From: an uncultured Chthonomonadaceae bacterium
GTDB lineage: Bacteria > Armatimonadota > Chthonomonadetes > Chthonomonadales > Chthonomonadaceae
Assembly: GCA_963835065.1 (NCBI GenBank)
Contig: CAWIEK010000044.1
Location: forward strand, 192,001 to 256,000
DNA length: 64,000 bases
Reading direction: 5' to 3'
This document shows positions 51,521 through 62,297 of the stretch, one piece after another. The position numbers and the translations under genes are program-made. Position 1 is the first letter of the stretch. Each line of letters starts with the position of its first letter. A model generated the notes under the pieces. That model had not been told where the DNA came from. It made no database searches and saw nothing but the letters and a program-made list of their open reading frames with translations.

Positions 51521-53162
51521 TTAGTGCGCGTCGGCTGCCGGAGCCGCGCCTTTTGGCTTGCGCAGCAGCAGGATGGCCGGGGCCGCGCAGACGAATACGA
51601 TCAAAATCAGCAGCCACGAGTCATTATACGCCAGCATGGACGCCTGCCGCATCAGAGCTGCGTTCGATGGTGGCATAGGCGACATGCTGGGCGGCATCCG
51701 CCGACATGCCGCGCATCATGAATGTATTGGTCAGACCTTGCAGGCGCGACTGCAAGGCCGGATTACCGGCGTAGATGTTGCCGATGAGATCAACGCGGTG
51801 GAATTGCGTGTGGTTGGTCAGGTACGTGCCCAGAATGGCGATGCCGAACGAGCCGCCCAACTGCCGCGCCAGGTTTATCAGCCCGGACGCCTGCTGCGCA
51901 ATTTTGGGATCAATGTTGCCATACGCGACGTTGTTGATAGGCGCGAACAGAAAGCCCAGGCCGAAGCCGCGCAAGAGCAGGGCAAGGCGCACGTCGCTTT
52001 CCCCCGCCGCTGTGGTCAGGTGCGCCATGCGCCACATGGACGCCACGAAAATGGACACGCCGAGGAAAATCAGCATGCGCGGGTCCAGTTTGGATTTGGG
52101 ATTGCTCAAAAGCCGCCCGCAGATTAATGCGCTTGCCGCCGTTCCCAATCCTCCCGGCAGCAGTTCCAGTCCCGTTGTCGTGGGGGTAAAACCGAGCAGG
52201 TTTTGCGCGAACAAGGGAAACAGATAGGTTCCCCCGTACAGGCCGAAACCAAGCGAGATAAATAGAAACAGGGAAACGGACAGGTCGCGGTTTCTCAATA
52301 CGCGGAAATCTACGACGGGCGTTTTGTTGCGCGGCGACAGTTCCCACCAGAGCATGGTTGTCAGGCAAATGGCCGAAATGATGGACAGGCGCAAAATCAA
52401 TACATCGTTGAACCAGTCGTCCTGCTGCCCTTCTTCCAGCACGTATTGCAGGCAGGCCAGCCCGATTCCCAACAGCACAATGCCAAAGAAGTCAACCGCC
52501 CCGGTGCGGCGCACGTTCCCCGGCGGATCGTGCAAAAACGTGTAGACCAGGAACGCCGACATAAGCCCGATGGGAATGTTGATGAAAAAACACCAGTTCC
52601 AGGTATAGTTGTCCGTGATCCAGCCGCCGAGCGTCGGGCCAAGCGTGGGAGCGACGATAACGCCCATGAGAAAGATGGCTTGTACCAGCGCCTGCTGCTC
52701 GCGGGGAAATATCTGTCGGAGGGTCGCCTGCGCGGTAGACAGCAGCGCGGCTCCGCCCGCTCCCTGCACCACGCGCCACAACACGATTTCGCCCAGAGTG
52801 TGCGACGCGCCGCACAAAAACGAGGCGACGATGAACACAAAAATGGAAAACGTCAGGTAATTGCGCCGTCCGAAGGTGGCCGTCAGAAAGGCGGTCAGGG
52901 GCAAAACGACGACGTTGGACAGGATATAGCCCGTAGAAATCCATGCCACTTCCTGGAACGTCGCGCCTAAATTCCCCGCCATTTGCGGCAGCGCGACATT
53001 GATAATGGTGGTATCCAGAACCTCCATAATCGCTGCGGTAATCAGGCCAAGCAGGATCAGCCACCGATATTCGCTGATGTCGGAATGTTGTCCCCCGCCC
53101 GCCTGCGCCGCCGCTTTCGGAGCCGCCCCCGTATTTTTCGCTTCTGCAATCGCCGTAGCCAT
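51521..53162 (-). CDS. DHA2 (EmrB/QacA) MFS efflux permease (frameshift near 51657)
   Basis: LDTTIINVALP, PTLGPTLGG, FFINIPIG and RQLGGS; last helix LMRQASMLAYND is in the next frame. Confidence 0.93.
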
Positions 53163-53262
53163 ATTTCTCTTCTTCTCTTCTTCTTTAACTTCTTTTCTCT
53201 AACTTCTTTTCTCTGTGAAACCTCTGTGTCTCTGTGCCTCTGTGGTGAGATCGTATTCGCAG

Positions 53263-55218
53263 TTACCGCGCTGCGCCGCGCACGGCTGGTGACGGCGGGG
53301 CAGGATAGCCGGGCGCGGCGGCGGTAAAGGAGAAGCGCCCTGCCGCCCGGTCTACCTGCGCGCGGGCGTTGTTGTAGTCGTACAGGGCGTTGATCTGGTT
53401 GGATTGCGCCTGCGCAAGCGTGGTTTGGGCGTTGCTGAGTTCCAGCTGCGGGGAAACGCCGGTTGACTGCGACACGCCCGCATTGTAGCGAACCCGCGCC
53501 AATCGGTACGCTTCCCGCGCCTGCGACAATCCCACGTTGGCAACGGCCACGCGGTTACGCGCCTGCACGAGCGCAATATATGCCTGCTGCACGTCAACCT
53601 GTACCTGGTCTACGGACGCGCGGCGATTTACTTCCGCGCCGGCCGCCACGCCCCGCGCTTCCCGCACCCGCGCCCGCGCCAATCCGCCGTCGAAAATAGG
53701 CATTGTTACACCCAGTGTCACCGAACCCTCATTCTGGCGGGCAAAGGCGGCGGGAGTGGGCTGGTAGGAGTCATTCAACGATAGGTTCACGGAGGGCAAC
53801 TGGCTGCGCCGCGCATACTGCACCCCGCGCTGCGCGGCGGCGATCTGCGCGTCCCCTTCCAAAATCTCCGGGCGCGTCCGCAAGGCTTCCTGCAATAAAC
53901 TGTCGAATTCCGGCCCGAACGTAAACGTGTCCTCCACGTCGCTTGTACCCGGTGTGGTCAAGGGAACGATGGCGCTGCCGTTTATGGTTGGCGCAGGTTG
54001 TGGCTGCGGCGTATCTATGGGATTGGGCGGCGCGGCAGGCACAATCTTGTTAGGCGTATCCGGGGCGTTGGTTCCGGGCGCGGCGGGCGTCCCGATGGGC
54101 TGGCCGTTGGGTCCAATGGGCGGCACGGTCGGCGGCAGGATACCGGGCGGATAATCTACCGCGTTTTGATCCGTGATGCGCAGGCGGGTCGTCAGCGCAA
54201 GGCCAATGGTATTTTTTAAGGCGGCGAGATTGACGCTGAGTTGGGCGCGGGCGTTAATCAAGTCCTGCTGCGCGTTTGCCACATCGCGCTGCGCCGAAAT
54301 CACGTCGAAGCGGGGAGCCGTGCCCGCCGCATAGTTTTTGTTGGCGTCGTTCAGGCGGCTCAGGGCGTTGTTCAGGCTATCGGTTGCCACCGCGATCTGC
54401 GCCTGCGCCCGCAGCACATTGTAAAAGGCGTTTTTGACGTTGTACACCACGTCGTTGCGGACGCGGTTGATGTCAATACGAGCCGCCACTTCCTGAAACT
54501 GCGTCTGGCTGATCGCCGCGCGCAGGGTTCCCGACACATCCAGCGGCAGAGCGAGCGTAGCCGTCAGCACCGGGAAGAACTGCGGCGTGATGGTCACGGG
54601 CGGCGGCGCGGCGGCCCCCGGCTGCCCACTGCTGAAAAGGGCGCCGAAGTTAGCGACCGTAGGCGCGTCGTAGCCGGTCAGGTTGGCGTTGGCGCTGACA
54701 ACCGGGTTTAAGGCGCTCCGCGCCTGACTCGTTCGGCCCTGCGCCTGCTCCAATGCGGCTGCCGCCCGGGCAAATTCCCGGTTTGTGTACAGCGCAATTG
54801 CAACCGCATCCTGCAAGGTCAGGGCGCGATCCTGCGCGTAACCGTTGATACCACTTAAATTGGGCGACATGCGCAGGGGCTTATCGCCATTGGGCAGCGG
54901 CTGCGCGGGTGAGGGAACCGTGCCTTGCGGCGTGGTCGGCGGCGGGCCTTGCGGCAACGGGATTACGCCCGTTGGCACAGGCAACGGCTTGATGGGCAGC
55001 GTGTCGGTTTGCTGCGCGGGCATTGTCGGCGCAGGGGTTTGCGGCGTTGCCGGTACGGGCGTTTGCGCCGTTGTCGGCGCAGGCGTCTGCGCTTTACCGG
55101 TATGCAGGGACAACACGGATAATCCTGTCACCAGTAGGCCGATGGTGGCGGGCACTCTGTTCCGAACACCGAACACCTGAATACCGAACACCGGGAACTT
55201 GTATTTAGATGCAGACAT
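53263..55218 (-). CDS. TolC family outer-membrane efflux protein with Pro-rich inserts
   Basis: LTLQDAVAIAL, VKNAFYNVL, RPE, PIFDGG and RYNAG. Confidence 0.9.
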   Translation of the reverse strand: MSASKYKFPVFGIQVFGVRNRVPATIGLLVTGLSVLSLHTGKAQTPAPTTAQTPVPATPQTPAPTMPAQQTDTLPIKPLPVPTGVIPLPQGPPPTTPQGTVPSPAQPLPNGDKPLRMSPNLSGINGYAQDRALTLQDAVAIALYTNREFARAAAALEQAQGRTSQARSALNPVVSANANLTGYDAPTVANFGALFSSGQPGAAAPPPVTITPQFFPVLTATLALPLDVSGTLRAAISQTQFQEVAARIDINRVRNDVVYNVKNAFYNVLRAQAQIAVATDSLNNALSRLNDANKNYAAGTAPRFDVISAQRDVANAQQDLINARAQLSVNLAALKNTIGLALTTRLRITDQNAVDYPPGILPPTVPPIGPNGQPIGTPAAPGTNAPDTPNKIVPAAPPNPIDTPQPQPAPTINGSAIVPLTTPGTSDVEDTFTFGPEFDSLLQEALRTRPEILEGDAQIAAAQRGVQYARRSQLPSVNLSLNDSYQPTPAAFARQNEGSVTLGVTMPIFDGGLARARVREARGVAAGAEVNRRASVDQVQVDVQQAYIALVQARNRVAVANVGLSQAREAYRLARVRYNAGVSQSTGVSPQLELSNAQTTLAQAQSNQINALYDYNNARAQVDRAAGRFSFTAAAPGYPAPPSPAVRGAAR

Positions 55219-57875
55219 TAGCGGCCCCCTCCCGCGCTGCCGGTTCCTGAACCTGCGCCCGCGCCTGAGCCTGTTCCCGCGCCTGCTCCTGTCGCGTTAC
55301 CGTTTCCGGCTGCGCCGTCGGCTCCGTTCCCGACGCCCGGAGATGATGTATTGGAACCGCCTGGCCCCGTGCCCTGACTGGTTCCCGTTCCCGTTCCGTT
55401 GATGCCGTTCGGCCCGGTTCCGGCTCCGGGAATGTTGCTGCCGTTCCCTGTGCCGCCGTTATTTCCGTTGCCGTTTTGCGGCCCCAATCCGCCGTTGTTG
55501 TTGCCGTTAAAACCCGGTGATTGTCCGTTATTGCCGCCGCCATTATTTCCGTTGCCGTTATTGTTGCCGTTACTGCCGTTTCCATTCAGGCCGGGGCCGT
55601 TGTTCTGGCCGTTCCCCATGCCATTGCCCTGTCCATTGTTCTGTCCATTACCGTTGAACTGGCCTGCGCCTGGGTTGGCAAGGTTCCCGGCGTTGTTCGT
55701 ACCTGATGCGCCATTGGATTGTCCGCTGCCGCCCACGCCGTTTTGCATGCCATTACTCATGCCATTGCCCATTTGCCCGCCGTTGTTCATGCCAAAACCG
55801 CTTCCGTTGGAAGTTCCGCCATTGCCGCCTGAGTTGCCGTTGCCGTTGGAATTGTCCATCATGCCGCCATTGCCGCCGCTTCCTGACCCGGAAGAGCCAC
55901 TGCCATTGCCGCCGGATGATCCCATGCCGCCCTGACCATTTCCATTGTGGTTATCGGAACCATCGGACTGACGGTTGCCGCTCCCCTTTGAATCATTGTC
56001 GCCGCCTGTGGTAATGATGGCGTTGACCGACATGCCCTGCCGCAGACTGTGAATGTCTTTTTCGCGGGCGTACTTGGCATCATCCCCGTCGCTTGCAGCC
56101 ACAAGTTCGATACGCACCGGGATGCGCTGCACCACTTTGGTAAAGTTGCCTGTGGAGTTGTCCGGCGGCAGCAGGGATGTGGCCGCGCCCGTCGCTTCGT
56201 TGATGCTGCGGACGCGCCCCTTGAACACCTTGCCCGGAAAGGCGTCCACTTCGATTTCGGCGTCCTGTCCCGGTCGCACGTCCGTTAATTGCGTTTCCTT
56301 GAAGTTGGCCTGCACCCACACGTAATCGCCCTGCGTCATGGTGAAAATAGACTGTCCGGGCGACAGGGACGCGCCGACGTTCGTGTTTTTCTTGACCACA
56401 ATGCCGTCGTTGGGCGCGAAGATAGCCGCATCGCCAAGCGTGATTTGCGCGTTGGCAAGCGCGGCCTGCGCCTGCTGCGCCTGCGCCCGGTAGGTTTCGA
56501 TCTGCCTGCGCCGAACCTCAACCTGCTCCTGGCCGGCGCGGGCGGTTTCCACATCCGCCTGATTTTCGCCGCTTTGCTGCGCGACCGAAGCCAGATTCGA
56601 TACCTGTATGCCGACCTGGGCGCCATTGGCCCTTGCCAGTCCCAGCCCGGCCCGCGCCACGTCTACCTGTTGGCGGGCAACTGCAACCTGCTGCTCGGCG
56701 GCATCGGCGGCGCGCTGCGCGGCTTTTTGCTGCGCCTGCGCCTGGCTGACGCTTTTACGCGCCTGCTCGACCTGCGATTGCGCCTGACGGACGCCCGCCC
56801 TTGCCTGCTCCACCTGCGACTGCGCTTCCTCGGCCTGGGATTGACTGGCCTGCAAATTGGCTGCCGCGTTACGCGCCTGCGCCCGCGCGTTATCATACAC
56901 CTGGGCGGAAACCGCGTCCTGCGCGTACAGGGTGCGATACCGCGCCTCGTCCTTGCTTGCGCGGTCCGCCTCGGACTGCGCCGCCGTAACGCGCGCCTGT
57001 GCCGCCTGGACCGCTTTTTGCGCGGTCAGCACCTGCTGCTGGTAGTTTTGCAGCGCGGCAAGGGAAGTCTGCACGGCCTGCTGGAAGTTTTCCACGTTCG
57101 CCTGGGATGCGCTTGCCTGCGCCTGCGCCTGCGCCGCGCTCGCCTGCGCCGCCTGGGTCTGCGCCTGCGCCGTGCTTACCTGGCTTTGCGCCTGCCGCAC
57201 CTGATTGCTCGTCGTGCCTTCCGCCAATCCGACCTGCTGGCGCGCGCCCGTTGTTTTGGCTTTTTGCGCGTTTAGCCCGGCCTGCGCGCGGCGGATGGCG
57301 GCCTGCGTCGCAAGCTGCTGATAGCGCAGATTGCGCTCGGCCTGCGGTATCTGGCTCAGGGCGGCGGTGTAGTTAGCCTGCGCCTGCCGCAAACTGGCCT
57401 GCGGCCCGGCGGGGTCAAGGCGGGCAACCAACTGCCCCCGATGCACCACATTGCCTTCATCCACAAGCAATTGCTGCAGGGTTCCGCTGACGATAGGGCT
57501 GACGCTGACAAGATTGCCGACAATGTTGGCGTCATCCGTAGACACATGCGTATGCGAGTAATTCCAGTAGCGAATAGCCCACGGAACGCCGAAAATCAGC
57601 GCCACAATCCCGATGGCGGCAAGCAGGGGCTTGACCCACGCGGGACGCTTCTTTTCCGGTTCTTTTGCTCCTGCCGGTGAAGCCTCCGGTTTGGCGGCAT
57701 CGTTCGGCGCGGCATTGTTGGGCGCGGCGGCGGTTTGCGTACCGGCTTCCTGCGCGGTGTCGGAGTTTTGCGAAGCGTCCGTATTTGCAGCCTGAGCGTC
57801 GGCATTGGCCGGCGCGGTTTGCGCGCTCTGCGGCGATCCGGCAGGAGCAGAATTTTTGAGGGTAGTATCCGACAT
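55218..57875 (-). CDS. EmrA/HlyD membrane fusion protein with long coiled coil and Gly/Asn-rich tail
   Basis: STDDA, WVQANFKETQL, LLPPDNSTGNFTKVVQRIPV and GMSV; TAATG coupling to tolC. Confidence 0.92.
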   Translation of the reverse strand: MSDTTLKNSAPAGSPQSAQTAPANADAQAANTDASQNSDTAQEAGTQTAAAPNNAAPNDAAKPEASPAGAKEPEKKRPAWVKPLLAAIGIVALIFGVPWAIRYWNYSHTHVSTDDANIVGNLVSVSPIVSGTLQQLLVDEGNVVHRGQLVARLDPAGPQASLRQAQANYTAALSQIPQAERNLRYQQLATQAAIRRAQAGLNAQKAKTTGARQQVGLAEGTTSNQVRQAQSQVSTAQAQTQAAQASAAQAQAQASASQANVENFQQAVQTSLAALQNYQQQVLTAQKAVQAAQARVTAAQSEADRASKDEARYRTLYAQDAVSAQVYDNARAQARNAAANLQASQSQAEEAQSQVEQARAGVRQAQSQVEQARKSVSQAQAQQKAAQRAADAAEQQVAVARQQVDVARAGLGLARANGAQVGIQVSNLASVAQQSGENQADVETARAGQEQVEVRRRQIETYRAQAQQAQAALANAQITLGDAAIFAPNDGIVVKKNTNVGASLSPGQSIFTMTQGDYVWVQANFKETQLTDVRPGQDAEIEVDAFPGKVFKGRVRSINEATGAATSLLPPDNSTGNFTKVVQRIPVRIELVAASDGDDAKYAREKDIHSLRQGMSVNAIITTGGDNDSKGSGNRQSDGSDNHNGNGQGGMGSSGGNGSGSSGSGSGGNGGMMDNSNGNGNSGGNGGTSNGSGFGMNNGGQMGNGMSNGMQNGVGGSGQSNGASGTNNAGNLANPGAGQFNGNGQNNGQGNGMGNGQNNGPGLNGNGSNGNNNGNGNNGGGNNGQSPGFNGNNNGGLGPQNGNGNNGGTGNGSNIPGAGTGPNGINGTGTGTSQGTGPGGSNTSSPGVGNGADGAAGNGNATGAGAGTGSGAGAGSGTGSAGGGR

Positions 57876-57997
57876 AATGCGTATCCTTGCGAAACGTGGT
57901 TACGGGTTTTTGTAACGGTTCTTTTAGTGTTGTAAAATCAGTATTTAGACAAGTTGATTGTACGAAAAGCGAATTCTCTAAAGCTAGATAATTGGGT

Positions 57998-58603
57998 TCA
58001 CGGGCGCGTTCTCAATCCTATGAGAACGAGATCAATCACCTGATGCGCGCGGGCTGCGATTTCTTCGCGGGAGCCGAGTTCGCGCGGCGACAGATTGGTG
58101 GGACTCAGGCCATTTATGCACGTAATCAGCGTTCGCGCCGTTGCCTGCACATCCATGCTGGCGAAAATGCCCTGGTCGCAGCCTTCCTGCAGCACGGCGG
58201 CAACGGGCTGCGCGAGTTCTTCATTCCAGGCATCGCGGCGCGACAGCACGACGGAGCGCAACGACGCCAGGGTTTCGTCCAGGCTCTGCCGATAGCGAGA
58301 CGCCGAATCAAAACTGCACACGACGATACCGGCGATCATATGCCGCAGGCGCGCGTCGGGGGGCGCGTCGGTTGCCAGGGTTGCGCGGCATTGCTCCAGC
58401 ACGGCCTTGCGCTTGCGGTCAATGACAGACAACGCGACATCTTCCTTGTTGTTGAAATAGCCGTAAATGGTGGCCTTGCCGATTTGCGCTTCCTGCGCAA
58501 TGTCTTCCATCGTCATTTTACGGTAGCCGTGCCATTCCATCAGGCGCATAGCGGCGTCCAAAATGGCTTCGCGCACATCTGAGGGCGCAGCAACGCGAGG
58601 CAT
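57998..58603 (-). CDS. TetR family regulator
   Basis: ILDAA...TMEDIAQEAQIGKATIYGYF..KE. Confidence 0.93.
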   Translation of the reverse strand: MPRVAAPSDVREAILDAAMRLMEWHGYRKMTMEDIAQEAQIGKATIYGYFNNKEDVALSVIDRKRKAVLEQCRATLATDAPPDARLRHMIAGIVVCSFDSASRYRQSLDETLASLRSVVLSRRDAWNEELAQPVAAVLQEGCDQGIFASMDVQATARTLITCINGLSPTNLSPRELGSREEIAARAHQVIDLVLIGLRTRP

Positions 58604-58885
58604 ACTTTCTCCTTCTCCTAACGGCCTATTCGACTAAATTCGTATTTTGTTCGTAATAAGACATACGAACCTCTAGAAAGGGAAGTTTCCCGCACACGCG
58701 TTTTATTTTGCGGCCATACTTTTTGAACCTGACGTCTCCACGTTCACCCGGTATATAAAATACCGGCTGTTAGACCCGCGGCCCATTGTTCTCCAAACGT
58801 GGGGTTGTACAATATTCAAGTTGAAAATACCGGTGAACGCGGCAGTACCAGATTTAAGTGGCTTGTCTATTATAGTGTATCATGT

Positions 58886-59779
58886 TCACCGGATTATTAA
58901 AATGGGGCAGGCGGCATGGTGGGCAACCCGGTCGGACACGCTGCCTAACAACAGCGATTGAAACCCGCCGAAACCGCGACTGCCCATCACAATCAAATCG
59001 GCTTTGATGGCGTCGGCGACGCGCAAAATTTGTTCGGACGCATGGCCTTCTTCCTGCCGCAGCGTACAGACAATCCCTTCGTGCCGTGCAATATCCACCA
59101 CGCTCGTTTGTAAGACGCTGTGAACGCGCTTTGCGACTTCAGCCGGATACAACTCCCCATAAGCGTCGGCCACTTCCGCCAGCATGTTGGGTTTTTCGCA
59201 GACGTTTACAACTGTCAGCGAACCGCCAAATTGTTTTGCCAACGCGCGGGCGGCTTCTCCCGCCTGATGCGCGGATGGAGAAGCGTCCGAAGCCAGCAGA
59301 ATGTTTTGGAACCAATCGGTTCCCGGCGGCATCCCTTCCCCGCGCATGAGCAGAACGGGGCAGTGGGCATGGTGCAGAACGCCACCGGAGACGCTGCCCA
59401 TGACGACGGATTGCAGTTCGTTCAGGCCCCTGCTGCCAATTACAATCAAATCGGAACCGGCCCGTTTCGCAAAGTCCGCAATCGCGCCAACGGGATGCCC
59501 AAGCTCCTGCATGACCGTAAAGGGAATACCGGCGGCTTCAAAAACGGATGCGGCCTGCGCCGCAATCGCCTTATGCTGCGATGTGGCGGCAGCCGCAATC
59601 GTGTTTTCGCCCACCGTCATGCCCCATACTCCCACGCTTTCGGCATCTATGTACACCGGATTGAACACATCCAATATCTGCGTTTCGGAACCAAAATGTT
59701 TGGCAAGCGCCGCTCCCGCCCGCATTGCGAACAGAGCGCTGTCCGAGCCGTCCGAACAAACAAGCAGTTTGGAAAACAT
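58886..59779 (-). CDS. Tandem universal stress protein
   Basis: Two USP domains with DLIV.GSRG...GSVS. Confidence 0.93.
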   Translation of the reverse strand: MFSKLLVCSDGSDSALFAMRAGAALAKHFGSETQILDVFNPVYIDAESVGVWGMTVGENTIAAAATSQHKAIAAQAASVFEAAGIPFTVMQELGHPVGAIADFAKRAGSDLIVIGSRGLNELQSVVMGSVSGGVLHHAHCPVLLMRGEGMPPGTDWFQNILLASDASPSAHQAGEAARALAKQFGGSLTVVNVCEKPNMLAEVADAYGELYPAEVAKRVHSVLQTSVVDIARHEGIVCTLRQEEGHASEQILRVADAIKADLIVMGSRGFGGFQSLLLGSVSDRVAHHAACPILIIR

Positions 59780-60072
59780 ATTTCGCCTCTTTCGTTCAGG
59801 TGTTCGGTGTTCGGGTGTTCAGAATTTGCGTAATCCGCTATGTGCTGAAGGTTCAGTCTCAAAGGTGAACGCATTTTAACGGCGGCTATTCTGCGCGTGT
59901 CGCAATCCTCTTAGTACGTCTATCAGCGTACCTTATTTGCATACTATCCGTATACTTTCAAAGGTGACGGTGGAACACAAGCGTCGCTACTGAACCTTGA
60001 TTGGGCCTGAGTTGCGGTATAATAAATGGGTAAACAATCGCCGTATGCAAGATTGTGGAGGAGCCGGAACTT

Positions 60073-60775
60073 ATGTCTGCGGAAACCATACCCGTCCTGC
60101 CCGCATACGCCGAAGCGCCGGATTGCAAGCCGCTTGTGTCTTTCCCGCGCCCCTTATATGCCGCCTGGCGCGATTGTGATGTCGGTTGAGAAATATCTGG
60201 AATGGGAGCGCGACTCGGAAATTCGCTATGAGTATGTAGACTTTTATGCCATCCCCAAAGACGGCGTGGAAATACTGGCAAATGGCGATATACGCGCCAT
60301 GTCCGGCGAGTCGCCTGAGCATAATCAAATTGCCGGCAATGTTTATGTCAAATTTGATCGTGAAATAGACGAACGGTCCTGCAATGTTTACTTTGAATGC
60401 ATCCGGCTGCGCGTTTCTGAAGCGAAGTACCGCTATCCCGATGTTGCCGCGCTGTGCGGCCCTCCACAATTCGACACCGCCAACCCGCCCTGCCTGCTCA
60501 ACCCCTCCGTTGTCGTGGAAGTGCTGTCGCCCTCCACGCAGCGCGAAGACAGGGGAGAAAAGTTCGACGAGTACAAGCAGCTTCCCACGCTGACGGACTA
60601 TGTGTTAATCGCGCAGGACCGCATGTTCGTCAGCCATTATGTCCGCCAAAACGCGACGCAGTGGATGATTTCAGATTATCAGCAGCCGACGGATGTTCTG
60701 ACATTCGCCGCGCTCGGCGTTTCCATCTCCCTTGCCGACATGTACCGCAAAATCGTGTTCGCGCCGCTCGCATAA
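60073..60775 (+). CDS. Uma2 family endonuclease (probable frameshift near 60152, otherwise starts at 60158)
   Basis: YRYPDV, VVEVLSPST..DRGEKF..Y and YVLIAQD; GGAGG RBS before the ATG at 60073. Confidence 0.88.
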
Positions 60776-60787
60776 AGTAAATAGCGC

Positions 60788-62107
60788 TCAGAGGCTGCGC
60801 GCCAGAATGTCGGCGTAAGGACGCATCTTGGTGATTTCATAGGTATCAATGGTGGCGTAGGCGCGACGCAGCCACGCATCGGCGTCCGTATGGTCCCCGG
60901 CTTCCAGCAGGGCCTCCGTCCAGCGCATTTCCTGGCAGGCGGCATGGATATAAAAGGGAGACGTGGCGGCAGGGAGCAGGGCAAGCGCCTTCCGAGGCTG
61001 CCCCGCCCGCAGTAAAACGCCTGCATGGATATGCCGGCAGAGGTGCTGACATTCGGCATCCCCGGAACTTTCCGCCGCTTCCTCGGCACAGCGCGCAAAG
61101 TCCAGCGCGCTCGCATGCTGCCTGCCTCCGCTGGCAAAATCCGCCATATCCCGATATATCCAGGCGCGTTCCTCGGGGTGTTTCAGATACGGAAGCCACG
61201 CGCGCAGAAACTCAATTCCCTGCCCGTAGCGATTCCGATGGCCGATACCGGTCGCATAGTCGGCGGACACAAACACCGCCCACATGAAGTGTGGCTGCGC
61301 GCAATAGCGCCGCTCCATCAGGTCCAGCGCCTGTTCTGCCAGCGGCCCGGCTTCCGCCAGCCGCCCCTGGCACGCCAGCCATCTTGCATGGCAGGCATAT
61401 CCCTCGGCCAGCAGCAGGCGCGCGGACGGTCGTTTGCGCGCCTGCTTCCATAGGTTGGCCTCCAGCGACAGGAACTCCAGATCCAGCAGCGCGTAATGCC
61501 CGTCCTGAACCTGCCCGCGCAAGATTTCCAGCTTTACTTCCAGCGCCTCCCCCCCACATTCCGCTTCCGGCGCGGCAAACAGCCCGTAATGCCGCTGCGC
61601 CAGCGCCTGCAGTTCCGCATCGGTCGCTCCCAATGCCGCGCACAGCGCCCGCAATCGCTCTGGAGCCGGCCAACTCTCCCCGCGCTCCCACCGCGACAGC
61701 GTCCCATGATGGATACCGATAGCGGCGGCGACCTGTTGGAGCGGCCAACCCCGCCTCAGACGCAGCGCGCGCAGCAGATGACTGCCTGACGGAGCCATGC
61801 CTGCGGTTTCCAGCCATGACGGCGTTGTTTCCCGATCCGCCTCGCGCAAACGGCGGATTGTCCGGGCCGCAGGGATGAGGGACAGAGCCTCTCGATGCTG
61901 ATCGGGGGTGACTTCCAGAACCTGCAGTACCACCTCCAGTTCCGGGAGACGCGGCTGATGCGCGCCCGTTTCCCAGTAGCTGAGTGTGCCTTTAGCAAGC
62001 TGCGCCCGCTGCGCCAATCCCGTCAGTGTCCATCCGCGCTCCTGCCGAAGCGCCTTCAAAAACTCTCCGAGCCGCCCGGCTTCCAACTCCGCTGTCGCTT
62101 GCAACAT
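60788..62107 (-). CDS. Double XRE-HTH regulator with TPR-like C-terminus
   Basis: LRQERGWTL...LSYWETG and LRLRRGWPL...LSRWERG, followed by helical repeats. Confidence 0.85.
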   Translation of the reverse strand: MLQATAELEAGRLGEFLKALRQERGWTLTGLAQRAQLAKGTLSYWETGAHQPRLPELEVVLQVLEVTPDQHREALSLIPAARTIRRLREADRETTPSWLETAGMAPSGSHLLRALRLRRGWPLQQVAAAIGIHHGTLSRWERGESWPAPERLRALCAALGATDAELQALAQRHYGLFAAPEAECGGEALEVKLEILRGQVQDGHYALLDLEFLSLEANLWKQARKRPSARLLLAEGYACHARWLACQGRLAEAGPLAEQALDLMERRYCAQPHFMWAVFVSADYATGIGHRNRYGQGIEFLRAWLPYLKHPEERAWIYRDMADFASGGRQHASALDFARCAEEAAESSGDAECQHLCRHIHAGVLLRAGQPRKALALLPAATSPFYIHAACQEMRWTEALLEAGDHTDADAWLRRAYATIDTYEITKMRPYADILARSL

Positions 62108-62297
62108 GAATGTTACGGCCTCCTGGTCTCTATGAAGGAAACATCCCCAACCGGCTGTTCCCTGTTCAACTTTTCCGCACAATGCAGGCCATACCGCCAA
62201 AACAGGTTATATTTGTTTAATTCACGTTGTTTCTGCCCGTTCGTTAGACGCAATGAGAAGTAGAGGCGTTGCAATTTTTCGCAAAGAGGAATCTCTC

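Noticed and set aside
58630..58657. TetR operator palindrome
   Set aside because: Only weakly palindromic, with no clear second copy before the efflux operon
58741..58839. Imperfect IR CGTTCACCCGGTAT/ATACCGGTGAACG, weakly like the USP 3' end
   Set aside because: Too short and degenerate to call
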